Assembly (NCBI GenBank): GCA_016748015.1
Contig: JAAOMT010000175.1
Coordinates: forward strand, 470,212 to 534,211
From: Geosiphon pyriformis uo1
Taxonomy: Eukaryota > Fungi > Glomeromycota
Direction: 5' to 3'
Length of the DNA stretch: 64,000 nt
The notes under the pieces are model-generated. The model made no database searches. It was not told the DNA's origin and worked only from the letters and a program-made list of their open reading frames with translations. Positions 37,510-50,835 of this stretch are shown here, piece by piece (the first letter of the stretch is position 1; every line of letters starts with the position of its first letter). Position numbers and translations under genes: made by a program.

Positions 37510-39489
37510 AGGAATGAATAAATAAATGATGTTCCTTAATTGACCAAAAACATTCTGTAAAGATAAAACGATTAAAATTAGGGCTTAGATTCTTATTCAT
37601 TTCAATGCTTTTTTTTCTCTTGTATATTTTCTGCAATACCAATTCATTACATATCATATTTTCATTTCTCATACAAAAATACATACATGTTATTCATAGT
37701 GTTATATAATCTACATAGATAATTAATAAACATACGCCATTAACAAAGGAATTCAAAGTTTTTTTCTCCCAAAAATGGATTAATCGATTAACTCTTGATT
37801 ATAGAGTATTTTATGGTACACACTTATAAACAAAAACCAGACAAATGAAAGGTCATTTCTTCTTTGGTGAATTGTCACGTTTTCCATGGCTGGCCGGCGC
37901 CTTCCGCACGATTGTTATAGGCTATTCTTTTACGCGATTTGGAGACACCCACACGAACAAACTGGTTGATGGTAACCCGCCTTCATCATTGACTTTTCCA
38001 TCTCCTATTAAAAGACGTTAGTTTTTATTCCGATAGGCACACTGTTTAGACGTGTGATGTTCCAACTGCCTTAGTTATGAATTATTTTATTCAATAAGCA
38101 TTAAATATATTAGAGGTTGAGTTTTTATTTAATATAATCATCTAGAATACTTTAAAAAAGAAATTTACTCATAATTCAATTGTAAAATCATTTAATTAAA
38201 ATAAAATATTTGACCCTAATAATGAATTAAGCCAACAGCAACCATAATATATTTGCATATGAAATAAAAAATCTTTGGATATACTAATGTCTAATATAAA
38301 AAACAGACAAGCTTATTAAGTGGCACAAATTAAAAATGATTTTATCAAAAAAAAATTGATAAGATACTCGTCAATAGTAGTATTCAACAATTTACTAGTT
38401 CATGAACTTTACTAATTGTGCTAATTAAAAAAAAAGGAAAAATAAGGTTTTGTATAAATTATTAAAAGTTAAATGCAATAACCAAAAAAAACAATTATTT
38501 ATTAATAAATTAATATGTTAAATGTTTTTTAATATTAGATTTAACAAGTGATTATTAAAAAAAATAAATGATATTAGAAACAAAAAAAGTAGCATTTATT
38601 ATCAAACATAATATTTATAAGTTTAATATTATGTTATTTAAATTAACTAATATATTAACTATTTTTTAATGACTAATGTACATTATTTTTCGAAATAATT
38701 TATAAAAACACATTATTGTTTACTTTAATAATTTTAAAATTTACTTAACCAGTCTTAATAAATATTTGAAATAAAAAATATATTATATTTAAAACTTGGT
38801 ATTATTTTAATACAAAATAATAATAGTATTTAAAAAAAAATATATATATTATATAAGCTGTTAACTTAACAAGCCAAAAAACAAATATGTTGTTATTAAA
38901 TTAAAATAATTAAAAAGTTTTATTATTATATTTATAATACTAAATTTAATTTAATTATTAATTGTAAAACTGTTTATAAAATGCTTAATAATAATAATTT
39001 AAATATAAAATTTGGTGAATAAATTATAATTATGCAATTATATATTTATAATTATATTTATTAATTAAATAAAAAGCATTTAAATATTGATTTATTATTT
39101 AAAATTTCAATTAATAAACTAATTTAAATATATAATTAATATTATTAATTAAATAATTATTAAATTTTTTATTAAAAAAATAAAAATAATTTAAAATTAC
39201 CAAAATAAAGTTCAAAAAAAAGTAACCAGGAATAAAAGTATTTATATAAATAAATGAAATCAAAATTAATATATTTATATAAATTAAATTTTTTTTTGCT
39301 TGAATAAGTATTATTATTAAAATTATTAAAATAAAAACAATTTAATTTTAATTATATAAATTTATTTAATAAAAACAATATATAATAAATTATATAATAT
39401 ATATTAATAAAAAACCAATATTAATTAAATTATTATTATTTAAAAAAATCATATTAATCTATTTAAACTATTATTAAAACAAAATAAAA

Positions 39490-41011
39490 AAAACTTTTTT
39501 CTTTTTTATATCCAAAATTTTTTAAAGAGCATAATTTTTTGAAAAAAAGTTTTTTGTTTTTATACTTTACAATTTCCTAAAAAACAAACTTTTTTGTTGT
39601 TAAATTAATTGTCATTATAAGTAAGTCTACAGCTAAAAAAAACCAACCAAAATTTTGGCTTCAGATTTAATTAGTAAAAGCTTGGCTCAAAAACAGAAAG
39701 CTTTTTTTAACAAAATAAAACATTTAAATAATAAGACAAATTTAAGTTTTAATAGTTTAAAGCATGTTGTTTATTAGTTTGCTAAAATAAATACAGATAA
39801 AAATGTTCCTAAAGTGGTCTTTTTAAAAAATAATATTGGTTATAAAATAAGCAAAGAAGATAAAAAGCAGTTTAATTTTAAAAAATAATACTGGTTATAA
39901 AGTGAGCAAAAAAAATAAAAAGCAGTTTAATTTTAAAACAAATATTCTTAAAATTAAATAAATCAATATTAATTCTGTTTTTAGTTCTCTAATTAGTTCT
40001 TTTAACTATAACATAGATAATAATGAGATTTTTTTTTCTTTCTATCTCATTATTTCTCTGGACAGAAAATAAATTGATTTGAAAATTACAAAAATTTAAG
40101 TGAAAATATCTGTTAAGAAATTTTTTGCTTTAGATATTAATATTTCAGCAATGGATAACAAATTAACAATAATAAAAACTCAGTTTATCAGAAAATTTTT
40201 TTCAATAATCAATGGTTTTAAAAGGACTATTACTTTCTTAAAATTTGAAAAAATTATCAAATTAACATTTACATTAAAAAAAAGTATTAATAAAATTGTA
40301 TTATTGGCTGAGAAAAAAAATCAAAATAAACATTAATATTAAGAAACAAAAAATTAGATCAGATTAAACTGTAATAATTAAAAAATTTTTATGAATATAC
40401 TAAAGGATATAATTATTCCCACAATATTTAAATTTGATTAAATTATGTTAATTTAATTACAACTAATTAGACTATAGCAAAAAGCTTTAATAAAATTTAT
40501 TGAATTAAGTTAAACAAATCTATTAACAGCTAAGTAATTATTCTTAATTAGAAAAAATTTAGTTCAAATAGCTAAGACTGTAGGTAATTGTAATACATAA
40601 ATGTTTAGAGATTAGTATATGGCTTTTTTATTTACCTTTTTTGTAAAAACAACTGCATATAATCTTGGCATTTTATTAAAAGAAGTTGGTAAAAAGACTT
40701 GTTTTATTAATTAATTATTTAAGACAGATAACAAAGTTTACTATGCTATAGTTGGTTTTAAATTTAAGAAAAATTTGAAATCCGTTTTTTATATTGAACC
40801 AATTTTTAATAATGTAAAGCTTTTTTGAATTAGGCTTAATTTGGTTTGTTGTAAAAAATATAGACATCTTAGATATTTGGCAATAAAATATAGAACATCA
40901 GATGTGTCTGTTTACTGGCTTTGAAAACATATAAAAAGATTGTATTAAATAAGAGTTATCTTTAGTTGGCCAAATTATATGCTAAGAAAAGTGTTTCTAT
41001 TTAATGTTTAG
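39490..41011 (+). mobile_element. Decayed LINE 5'UTR + ORF1, truncated by a Gypsy LTR
   Basis: 5' end resembles the reverse complement of 26640-26686. VKISVKKFFALDI..IRKFFSIINGF and LAKLYAKKSV are homologous to ORF1 at 25209-26348. Confidence 0.75.
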
Positions 41012-44000
41012 TATTACAAATAATTATTTGGAATGTTGAAACAAATAAAAAACTTATAACTTAATATTTAATAACTGTTAATAATAGTAATTTCTAAAGG
41101 TTTTGTGATTTGAAAATTTGTTTGAGTTTTTTATATAATAAACAGAGATTTAATTAATGATTTTTTTTATGAATTTTTTTTTGTATAATAATTGATTTAA
41201 TTTAACAGTTATGTTCTTTTGGTAAACTATTTTTAAATTTTCTATTCTTGTTTTATAAGCCTTTTATTAGACTATTCTTAATATTAATCATTCAGTACTT
41301 AATCTTTAAATTAATTAGTAAACAACAAAAAAATAAAATAAAATAAAATAAAATAAAAAATAAAAAATTAGTATCTTATTAATAGTTATAATTAAGAGCT
41401 ATTGATTCAATATGATTAAGTATTGAATTTTATTAACATAAGTTGTTGATAGTACAGAAATGATTAATATTTTTTTAATTAAGCAATAATAATTTGAATT
41501 AGATAGTAATGAATGATTTTATTTCAAGTTATAAAAAATTATTTTTTAAAAAGAAAGATATTTAATAATTACTAATCTTTAGCTACTGTTCTGTCTTTTC
41601 TGTTTCTAATACTTTTACTATATATACATAATTTGTATTATATGAAATCTTACATATTTCTACTCTTTTTTTATACTATTTCTTGAAAATATGCTTATTT
41701 CTGAAAATATGCTGTAATTTTTTAGAAATGTGCCATAATTTCCTCAAAATTTACTTATTTATTGAATATTATTTTCCTATTGATATATTTTATGATCTGT
41801 TTTTTAATCTTTTTTTGGTATTTTTTTTCTATGAGTAATATTATCTTCTTTTTTAATATTGAGCTTCATCAAAATTTTTATTTTAAATTAAGTCTATTTT
41901 TTCACTTTTTAATATTATTTGTTTAATTTTGGTTTTTATATCTTTAAATTAAGAGTTGATTATTTTTTTCCACTGGTTAATAGTTATTGTTTCTATTTTT
42001 TAATATAATAATATTTTTGAATAATCTTAAAATATGGTATATAATTAATAGATTGTTTTGATATATAATATAGAATTTGTTTTTTTTTTAATAAAGTTTT
42101 TAATTTGTTGTACTATTCTTTGATAGAACATTTTTTTGGATTTGTTAATATATAATTTTTGAATATTTAGCTTTTGTTTTAATTAATAGTAACAGTATGT
42201 TATTGAAAGTTGGTTTATTTATAACTTTTAGTTTTTTTTAATTAGTTTTTTTATTAAAACAGTAATTAGTATTTTTTTAAAAGTGTTTTTTATAATTTTA
42301 TCTGACTAATACTTTATTTAATTCTGTAGTTGCTAATATGAAATAATTTTTGTTTTTCTTTCACTTTTTGTGTTTTTATAATAAATTGTTTGATAATTAA
42401 TGATAATTTTTATGTTCAAGTGTTGTTAATTTATAACTTAAAACAATTGTTGTATTATTATATAAATATGATTTAGAATTTTTATCTTTTATTGTTGCTT
42501 TTGTTGTATATATTGTCTTTTTATATACTTTTATCTTAATCTATTGTTTGTGTTTTTTTTAATAATTATGATTGGTTTCAAATCTTATAAAATCTTATCT
42601 GATTTGACTAATATTTTTTGTACTTTTAGTTATAGAATATTATTAATAAATAATAATACTATATTGTAATATGATTTCAATCAATTATTATGTTCTGCTT
42701 TGATTAAAATTTTGTTGTTTTATCTTAATTTATAAGCTCTGTTTTTTAGAATTTCTTTAATATAAAATAGATTATTCTATTTGGAATCAAACTTTTTATT
42801 TCATTGTTTTTCTGTTTTAGTATAATATAAAAGTATTTTGTCTTTAATTTTGAATTTGACCAGTTTATCTAATAACTAGTTGTTATATTATTTTTTTTGT
42901 TTTTTTTGTAACTTTTGTATATTATTAGCTGCTTTTTGTCTTTTGTTTTTTAGAGTTTTTATTAAGTCATATGTTTTTTTTAGCAAGATTTCTTGAAAGT
43001 TGGCTTCTGTTATTGGTTTTGTTAAATATGTATTAATATTTATTTTAATTGGTAATGTTGCTGTTTTATTTTAAACTAATTCAAATAGTGTTGTTTGTAT
43101 AGTATCTTGTTGTATTGTTCAATAAGCAAATAATATTAATAGTATATACAAATTTTATTCATTCTAGTTTTTATAACTAATCTTGACTATTACTTCATAC
43201 AATGTTTTGTTAAATTTTTTAACTAAACCATTTATTTGTAAATGATATAAAAATAATATTGGTCTTTTAATTTAAATCTTTGACTTAATTCTGTCAATGT
43301 TTTATTTACAAAATAAGTTTCTTGGTCTAATAACAATTCTTTTAAACATCTATGTTAACAAATCAAATCTTAGTATACAAATTTAGCTACAGATTTTGTA
43401 TTTGCTTTTTGAATAGTTTTAGCTTTTGGCTATTTTGTAAAATAGTCTATAGCTACTGCTATAGATTAATTGCTTTTGTTGAAAATAGTTAATGATTTTA
43501 CTAAGTCAATTCTAATCTGATCAAATAGTTATTTTATTTTAATTAGTCTTAATAGTTTGTTGAGTCTTGTTCCTTCTTTTTTTTGACAAGTATTATAATT
43601 TGAACATATTAGATAATGTCTAAATATATTAATGACCAATAGTATTTTTTTCTAATTCTTTTTATAATTGCTTTTTTATAGAAATATCTTGCAGTTAAAT
43701 CTAAATATATATTAAACAGTATTGTTTTTTTTTGATTTTGTAATTATTTTAAGTAATTGGTCTGAATTTTTTCTGTTTTTTTAATATAATATATTTTAAT
43801 AAGTAATAAAATATTTTAATTGTTGTTTTATGTTGTTTTGTTCTTTTCAAAATAATTTTTTCTTAAACTGTTGAATATTTATATAATGTTAGAGTTGTTA
43901 ATATTTTTGTATATTCATTTTTTGTTATATTTTTGGGTTAAAATGTTTTTAGATTTGTTTTATTTGTGATAAACTGTTAGTATTTTCGTTTTTTTTCTCT

Positions 44001-47000
44001 TTTTATAGTATACTATATAATTAAATAGTAATAGTTCTATTTTTTATCTTATATAATAATTGTTTCCAAATTTTTGTTTCTGAATTAATATTAATTCTTT
44101 GTAATCTGTATACACATTAAATTTTTGTCTTAAGTATTTCTTTTATTTTATAATAGTCCAATAGATAACTAAATATTCTAATTTAAAAACTCTATAGTTT
44201 TTTTCAGCTGGATTTAAATTTCAATTAACATATATTATTGAATGTTCTTATTTATCCAATTTTTTTTGTGATAGTACAGCTTCCAATATTTGATCTAATA
44301 CATCAGTAGTGATGATAAATAATTTATTGTAATCTAAATAAATCAACACTAAAGCTTAAATAAGCTTTCTTTTTAATGTATCAAAAGCTTTTTGTTGTTT
44401 TTTAGTTCATTTATACTTAATGTTCTTTGTTTAAAGCTAATATAGTTATTGAGCCAACTTAGAAAAGTTTTGAATAAAACAGTAATAGTATTCAAATAAA
44501 TTTCAAAAATGCTTTTAGTTCTATTAAATTGGTTGATATTAGAAAGTTTTTAACTATTTCAATTTTATTTGGATTTGTTTTGATGCCATTTTTGTTTATA
44601 ATATGTTCCAAAAACTTGAGTTTTATTTTTTCAAAAAAACATTAAGTTATATTTAACTTTAATTCTGTTTTTTTTAATTTCTTAAATATTTATTAAAGAT
44701 AGTAAAAATAATTGTTAAATGTTTTGGAAAACATATTTGTATTATCTAAATAGGCTATTACTGATTTCTATAATAATCTAGTATAGACAATTTCCATTAG
44801 CCATTGGAAGATAACTGGAATGTTGATTAAGCCAAAAAACATAACATTAAATTTAAAATTCTTTTTTCTTATAGTGAATGTTGTTTTTTTTTTGTCAACT
44901 AGATTTATGGCTACTTGTTAATAATCACTATTTAAATCTAATATTGAAAACCATTGCTTTCTTCCAAAAACATTGAATAACTTTTGAATTTATAAAGTTG
45001 AGTAGCTGTCTTTATAAATAATATTGTTGAGTTTTTTATAATCTATACAAAAACATATTTTTCTATTTTTTTCCAAATAATTATTACCAGTAATAATTAT
45101 AAGCTTATTAATAGTTAAATTAATTTATTATTTAACATATGATTGATTTCTTAATAAATAATTTTATGATTAACAAGTAATATTTGATATGTTTTTTGTT
45201 TGATTAGCATTATATCTCCAGTTTTAATTTAGTGCTAAATGATATCAGTTTTATTAAATTTATTTTTACTTGCAAAAATCAATAAAATTGTTATATAGCA
45301 GTTTGATTTGCATATATTAAAGTAAATTTAAATTTTCCAAGTTTATTTGCTCTAATTGTTCCAGTTGTGACAAATAGCATTTTTTTCATCTATAGATAGT
45401 TTATAATATAATGTCTATATATTCACATAGTTGTGAAAAATTTGAAATGATAGTTGATGTTTAATTTTTAACTTCAGTACTTAAGTATTTAATAATAATT
45501 TTATTTGGTATTTCTATTGGGTCTTCAATTGTATTGTGTATTGGAATCTTAATGTGTTTATAATTTTTGGCTAGTATGTAGAAATTAGTAATAGCAATTT
45601 TTCTTAACTCACAAATGATAGAATCTACTTCAAAAATCTGGGATTAATTTTTTATTTTTTTTTAATAATTAATATATATTGGTTATATAATAAAATAGAA
45701 ATTAATTAATAAGTGAAGATAATTTTTTTTTGATCAAATGTTTTCTTTTCTATTATATTAATTAATATTTTTATTTTACTCATGAATTTAAATTCATTTA
45801 TTTTTTTGCTGTTATCTTTAATTTCTCCTTTGTTTCTATTAATACTAATTAAGTTATTTTTATCAAAGACAAAAATATTGTCTGTGCTATTTTTTTATTT
45901 GGTTTAATTGTATATGTTTTTTTCGACTTATTTTATAATATTTTAATAATATTTTCTATATATTCTGTATTAATTTTTTTTTAATATTAATTTCTTTTTT
46001 TATTAAACTAGATCTAAATACTATTTGTATTATTGTTATTGCTAAAATTTCCAGTATTAATTTTAAATTTATGCTGGTATGCAAATAAAATTTAAATTTA
46101 ATGACCATTTTTCTAAGATATTAAAAATTAAACTTTATATTAGTATTATATATACATTCTGACATAATATTTTTATTGTTATTGCTGAACTATTTAAGTT
46201 CTTGTTTCATTAAAAAATTTAGAAATGCAATATATTGGAATTTTCATTAAAATTTGAATTATTATTATTGTTGTTGTTATTTTGGACAGTATTAGAACTA
46301 TTTTTGTTATTGTCATTAGAGTTTAAATCAGGATTAAGTTCTAATTCCAATTTTAAAATGCAATTGTTGATTGGTTTTCTTTTTTAGAGATTAAATAAAT
46401 TATATACAATAGTAAATTGTAAATAAGATCATAATTGTTATAATATTTAAAATCACTGAAAATTAAACAATATTTACAAAATTTAGTGTTTAATTATTTT
46501 AAATACTGTTTTTGCTCTTTTCAAGTGAATGTTAAATCTTGGTAATATTCATAGAATTGTTTTGAGTTATTTATAATATTAACAAAAATATTTGAATTTG
46601 GAATAAGAATAGTTTTAATAAGTTCTGGTAAGTTGTTTTTGATTGCCAATATTTCATTAAGTAAAATACTTTTAACTTTAGTACTTATTATTTGCTAAAT
46701 TTTGTTTTTGTTATGTAAATAGCCATCTAATTGTAAAAAAATTCTGTTCCACATAATATTAAAAGACATTTTTCTGTTTATTTAGTTATTAATAAGTATC
46801 ATGTATTGGCATAATATGTTATATGTTTTTTCATAATTAAGAATATTATTCCATATTTTTTTATTGAGTAGAGTTTCCTCATAAATAAGACATAGTTTGT
46901 TGTTTTACTTGCCTTGTCTTTTTAGTTATTTAAATTATTTTTAGTAATATGTTTTACAATAATAACAAATGTGTATTTTGTATTTTTTTTGAGATAATAT

Positions 47001-50000
47001 ATAAGTTCTTATAAATAAAAGCTTTTTTTTACAGTCTATATATTTAAGTAAAATAATGAGTAAATGTTTTTTTGATACTGGTATTGAATATAAAATATCC
47101 TAATTGCTTGCTAATTTTTTTGTAAAGGTAATAACTTGTGGTTTGTCTTTTTTTTTTCTTTGTCTTTATTGTTTTATGTAGATATTAATAATAACTTATT
47201 GTGTTTGTCTTTAGTTTATAAGACTTGATAGGCTTTTCAAATAAGTTTTTCCTTTTTTTTCTCTAGTTTAATTAATGATTGCTCTTTTGAAAAAGTTTTA
47301 AAGTATCTGTAAATAACAAATACTTGAGTATATTGACTATCATATATTAACTAGAGTTCTTGGATGTTTCAGTTGAGCACAGTATTGGTTTTGGTTAGCT
47401 AGTTATTACCAATAAAAGCTTGGTATTATATAACTTCTATTACCAAAATTTTAATGAATATGATAATACTATTAACTTCAATTGGGTAGTTGTCAATTTT
47501 GCTAATTAAAGTTTTAATTGCTCTATTAGCAGCAATAATTCTAACACTAGTAGTATAATTAACTTGGCAATTTAATTGATTCATAAGTTGTTATGTGATA
47601 ATACTATCTGTTAATCTATTATCAAAGATTAATTTGATAGAATAGTTATTAACTTTGACATTAGTATACATTGTGATAATTGGTTTGGTTTCAAGAATGG
47701 CTTTACTAAATAAAAATTTTATTGATTTTTTTTTTAGTTTAAATGGGAATATGATAACAAATAACTTGTTTTTATTAATAGTTATTAATAAAATATTATT
47801 AATAAGTAGTTTTTGGTTGGTTTCTAATAAGTTAAATATAGTAATTTCTGAAGTTACCAAAAGACTTAAATAATTCTAAAAATTTGGGTTTTGTGGATAC
47901 TTATTTCTTGAATTTTTTGGACATAATTCTGATAACTGGTTTGATAAATTAAAGATTAGTTAATGTATAACTATTATTAATCTCCAATTTTTTTGAATAT
48001 AAATAATTTTCGGTTTTTAATTTCTATTGGTAATTTAAATAAAAAGTTGGAGCTGTGCTTGAATTTGTTGGAGTTGGTAAACTATCTGTGGTTGTAATAG
48101 TTAATAAATTATTGAAACTGGTGTTTAATAAATTGAAAGTAAATATATTAGTTGTTGTATTATTGGTATATAATAAAACTGATATTGGTATAATTCTAAT
48201 AATAAATTGTTGGCATAGTTTGGAATTTGAAATCTGTAATTAGAATTTTGATATTGATTTTCTGATTATTGGTTATTTAATTTTGTTTTATAGTTTATTT
48301 TTAAGTGTTTTTGTTTACTACAGTAATGACAAATACATATTTTATACTATTATAATTAAGTTGCTAAGAATGATAATAATAAATACAACTAATTTTGAAA
48401 CCAATTAGAGTTTTTTTAATGATTATGGCATTGGACAGATTGACAAATTATCTGATTGTTAGTTAAGTATCTCTTAATTTTCTGATTAATTGCTTCTTCA
48501 AATTGCTTCAATTTGGTATCCAATTTAAATGATCTATTTATTATTAAATTTACGACTTGAGTGTAATTGGTTTTAAGTTCTGTCAATTTGAAATCTCTGG
48601 TATGTGTGACTGTATCTTGAAGTGTGTTTAGATGTAATGAGTGTACTTATTATAACAAATTACTGTATAATTCATAAATAAATTGATTCAAAATCTGTGA
48701 TGCTGTAAAATAGTCAGTGTTAATTGCTTAAATTTGATACAAATTTCTGTAGAAGCATCCCAAATAAGTAGTGATTGCTTTTGTATTATCTTGTTTGATA
48801 ATAGTAAAGTCAGTTAATAAACAATTAATGCTGTTGTAATTATTGAAATATTGTAGAAACATAACTTTAAATATATTAAAATTTTGTGGTTTTTTTACTA
48901 AGCTCTAATATTATGAATTGACAGTATTTTGTAAAAAGTATGAAATAACTTGAAAAGCTTTAGTATTATTTTATCTGTTGGCTGTAATGGCTTTTGCCAC
49001 ATTGTTTAGCCATGCTTAGACATTGTCTTTCTTATTTGTAAATTTCTCTAATTTAGTAATTAGTACATAAGCTACTAGTGTAAGTATTTGTTGCTATTGT
49101 AATTGTTAAAAAACAGCTATTGATACAATTGGTAGTGAATTAATCCTAATAATTGGCAGTATGTTTGTTTGAATAATAAAGATGCAATTTGAATTGTTTA
49201 AGTTTTGCTGAGTTTGAACAATTGGAGTTTAAATTTCTAGGTTATTTGAAATTAGGTTTTGATTATTAATTTTCTAATTATTATTATTTTTTTCTGATTT
49301 GGTTTTTGTCTAATTACTAGTAAATTCGAAATTTGGTTAAAATAACAGTAATTAAAGTCCTAATAGGGTTGTTGATTGTAATTTAAATCCTTCAAAAAAA
49401 TTATTATAAGTTTCTAATAATTTGGTTTTTTCCTAATGGTTTTGAAATATGATTTGGTTTATAAGTGTTTTTACAGTTGCTAATAATATAAATCTTAATG
49501 ATATGTTAATAGTACTTCTAAAAATATGATAGTATAATAAATGTATTAGAAAAACAATTTTGGATTTTTTTTAGTTAGGCAGTTATATTGTTTTAGATAT
49601 GTTTGCTAGTATTTGTATTTTGTTTTTGTCTGCAAATATGATTGAAAACTTTTGCTAAGTGTATTTTTTAATTTCGTAATTGATTTTAATAATGATTATA
49701 GCAAAATTGTAATTCAGTAGTAAACTAGTGTATTGAAGTAATTTATTATAAAAAATTTCTCTTGTTAATTTAAAATCTGTTTGTCTTCCTAAAAAATATA
49801 CAATCTTTTTATTAACATAGAAATTAAAAACTGATTTGACTGAAAAATAGTTGCTGATTAATTCCAACTGTTTTTAATATTGTTAAAATAAAAATTTGGT
49901 GAATTTTAAATAATTTGTTTCTATTATTTTTAATTCTGCCATTTTTCTATATAGATAATATTAGTGCTAATTTTTTGTTAAATTATATTTTACATAAAGC

Positions 50001-50835
50001 ACCAAATATTATAGGTAATTATTTAAAATATTAAAACAAATAACAAATCTGTAACTTGGTGCTTAATAGCTATTAATTATAGTAATTTCTAAAGATTTTG
50101 TGATCTGAAAGTTTGGTTGAGTTTTTTATATAATAGATAGAGATTCAATTGATGATTTCTTTTATGAATTTTTTTTTTAATATAATGGTCAATTTAATTT
50201 AGCAGTTATGGTTTTTTGGTAAACTATTCTTAAATTTTTTGCTCTTGTTTTACAGATTTTTTATGAGACTATTTTTAATGTCAATTACTTAGTGCTTAAT
50301 TTCTTTAATTAATTAATAAACAACAAAAAAATAAAAAAATAAAAAAGAAAAAAATAAATAAGAAATTAGTATTCTATCAATACCTATGATCAAGAGCTAT
50401 TGGTTTAATATAGTTAAATATTAAATTTTATTAATATGAGTTATTAATAGTATGGAAATAATTAATATTTTTTTAATTAAGCAATAATAACATAAATTAA
50501 ATAGTAATGAATATTTTATTAATATAGATATAATTCCACTTTAAGTTATAAAAAACTATTTTTTAAAGAAAAAAATATTTGATAATTATTGGTTTTTAGC
50601 TACTGTTTTGTTTTTTTTGTTTTTAATACTCTTATTATATATATAATTCATATTATATAAAATTCTATCTATTTTTACTCTTTTTTTATATTATTTTCTG
50701 AAAATATGCTTAATTCTAAAAATGTGTTATGATTTTCTGAAAATATGTTTACTTATTGAGTAATATTTTTTTATTAGTCTATTTTATAATCTGTTTTTCT
50801 TATTTTTTTCTTGTACTTTTTTTCTATAAATAACA
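41012..50835 (-). mobile_element. Second, more decayed full-length Gypsy copy of the dUTPase family (LTRs 41012-41840 and 50007-50835)
   Basis: The LTR pair matches each other. PBS remnant TGGTGCTTTATGTA at 49991-50004; PPT 41841-41856. Colinear gag (49655-49867), PR, Cys-rich, dUTPase (~45770-46170), RT, RH, IN, ORF3. Confidence 0.9.
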
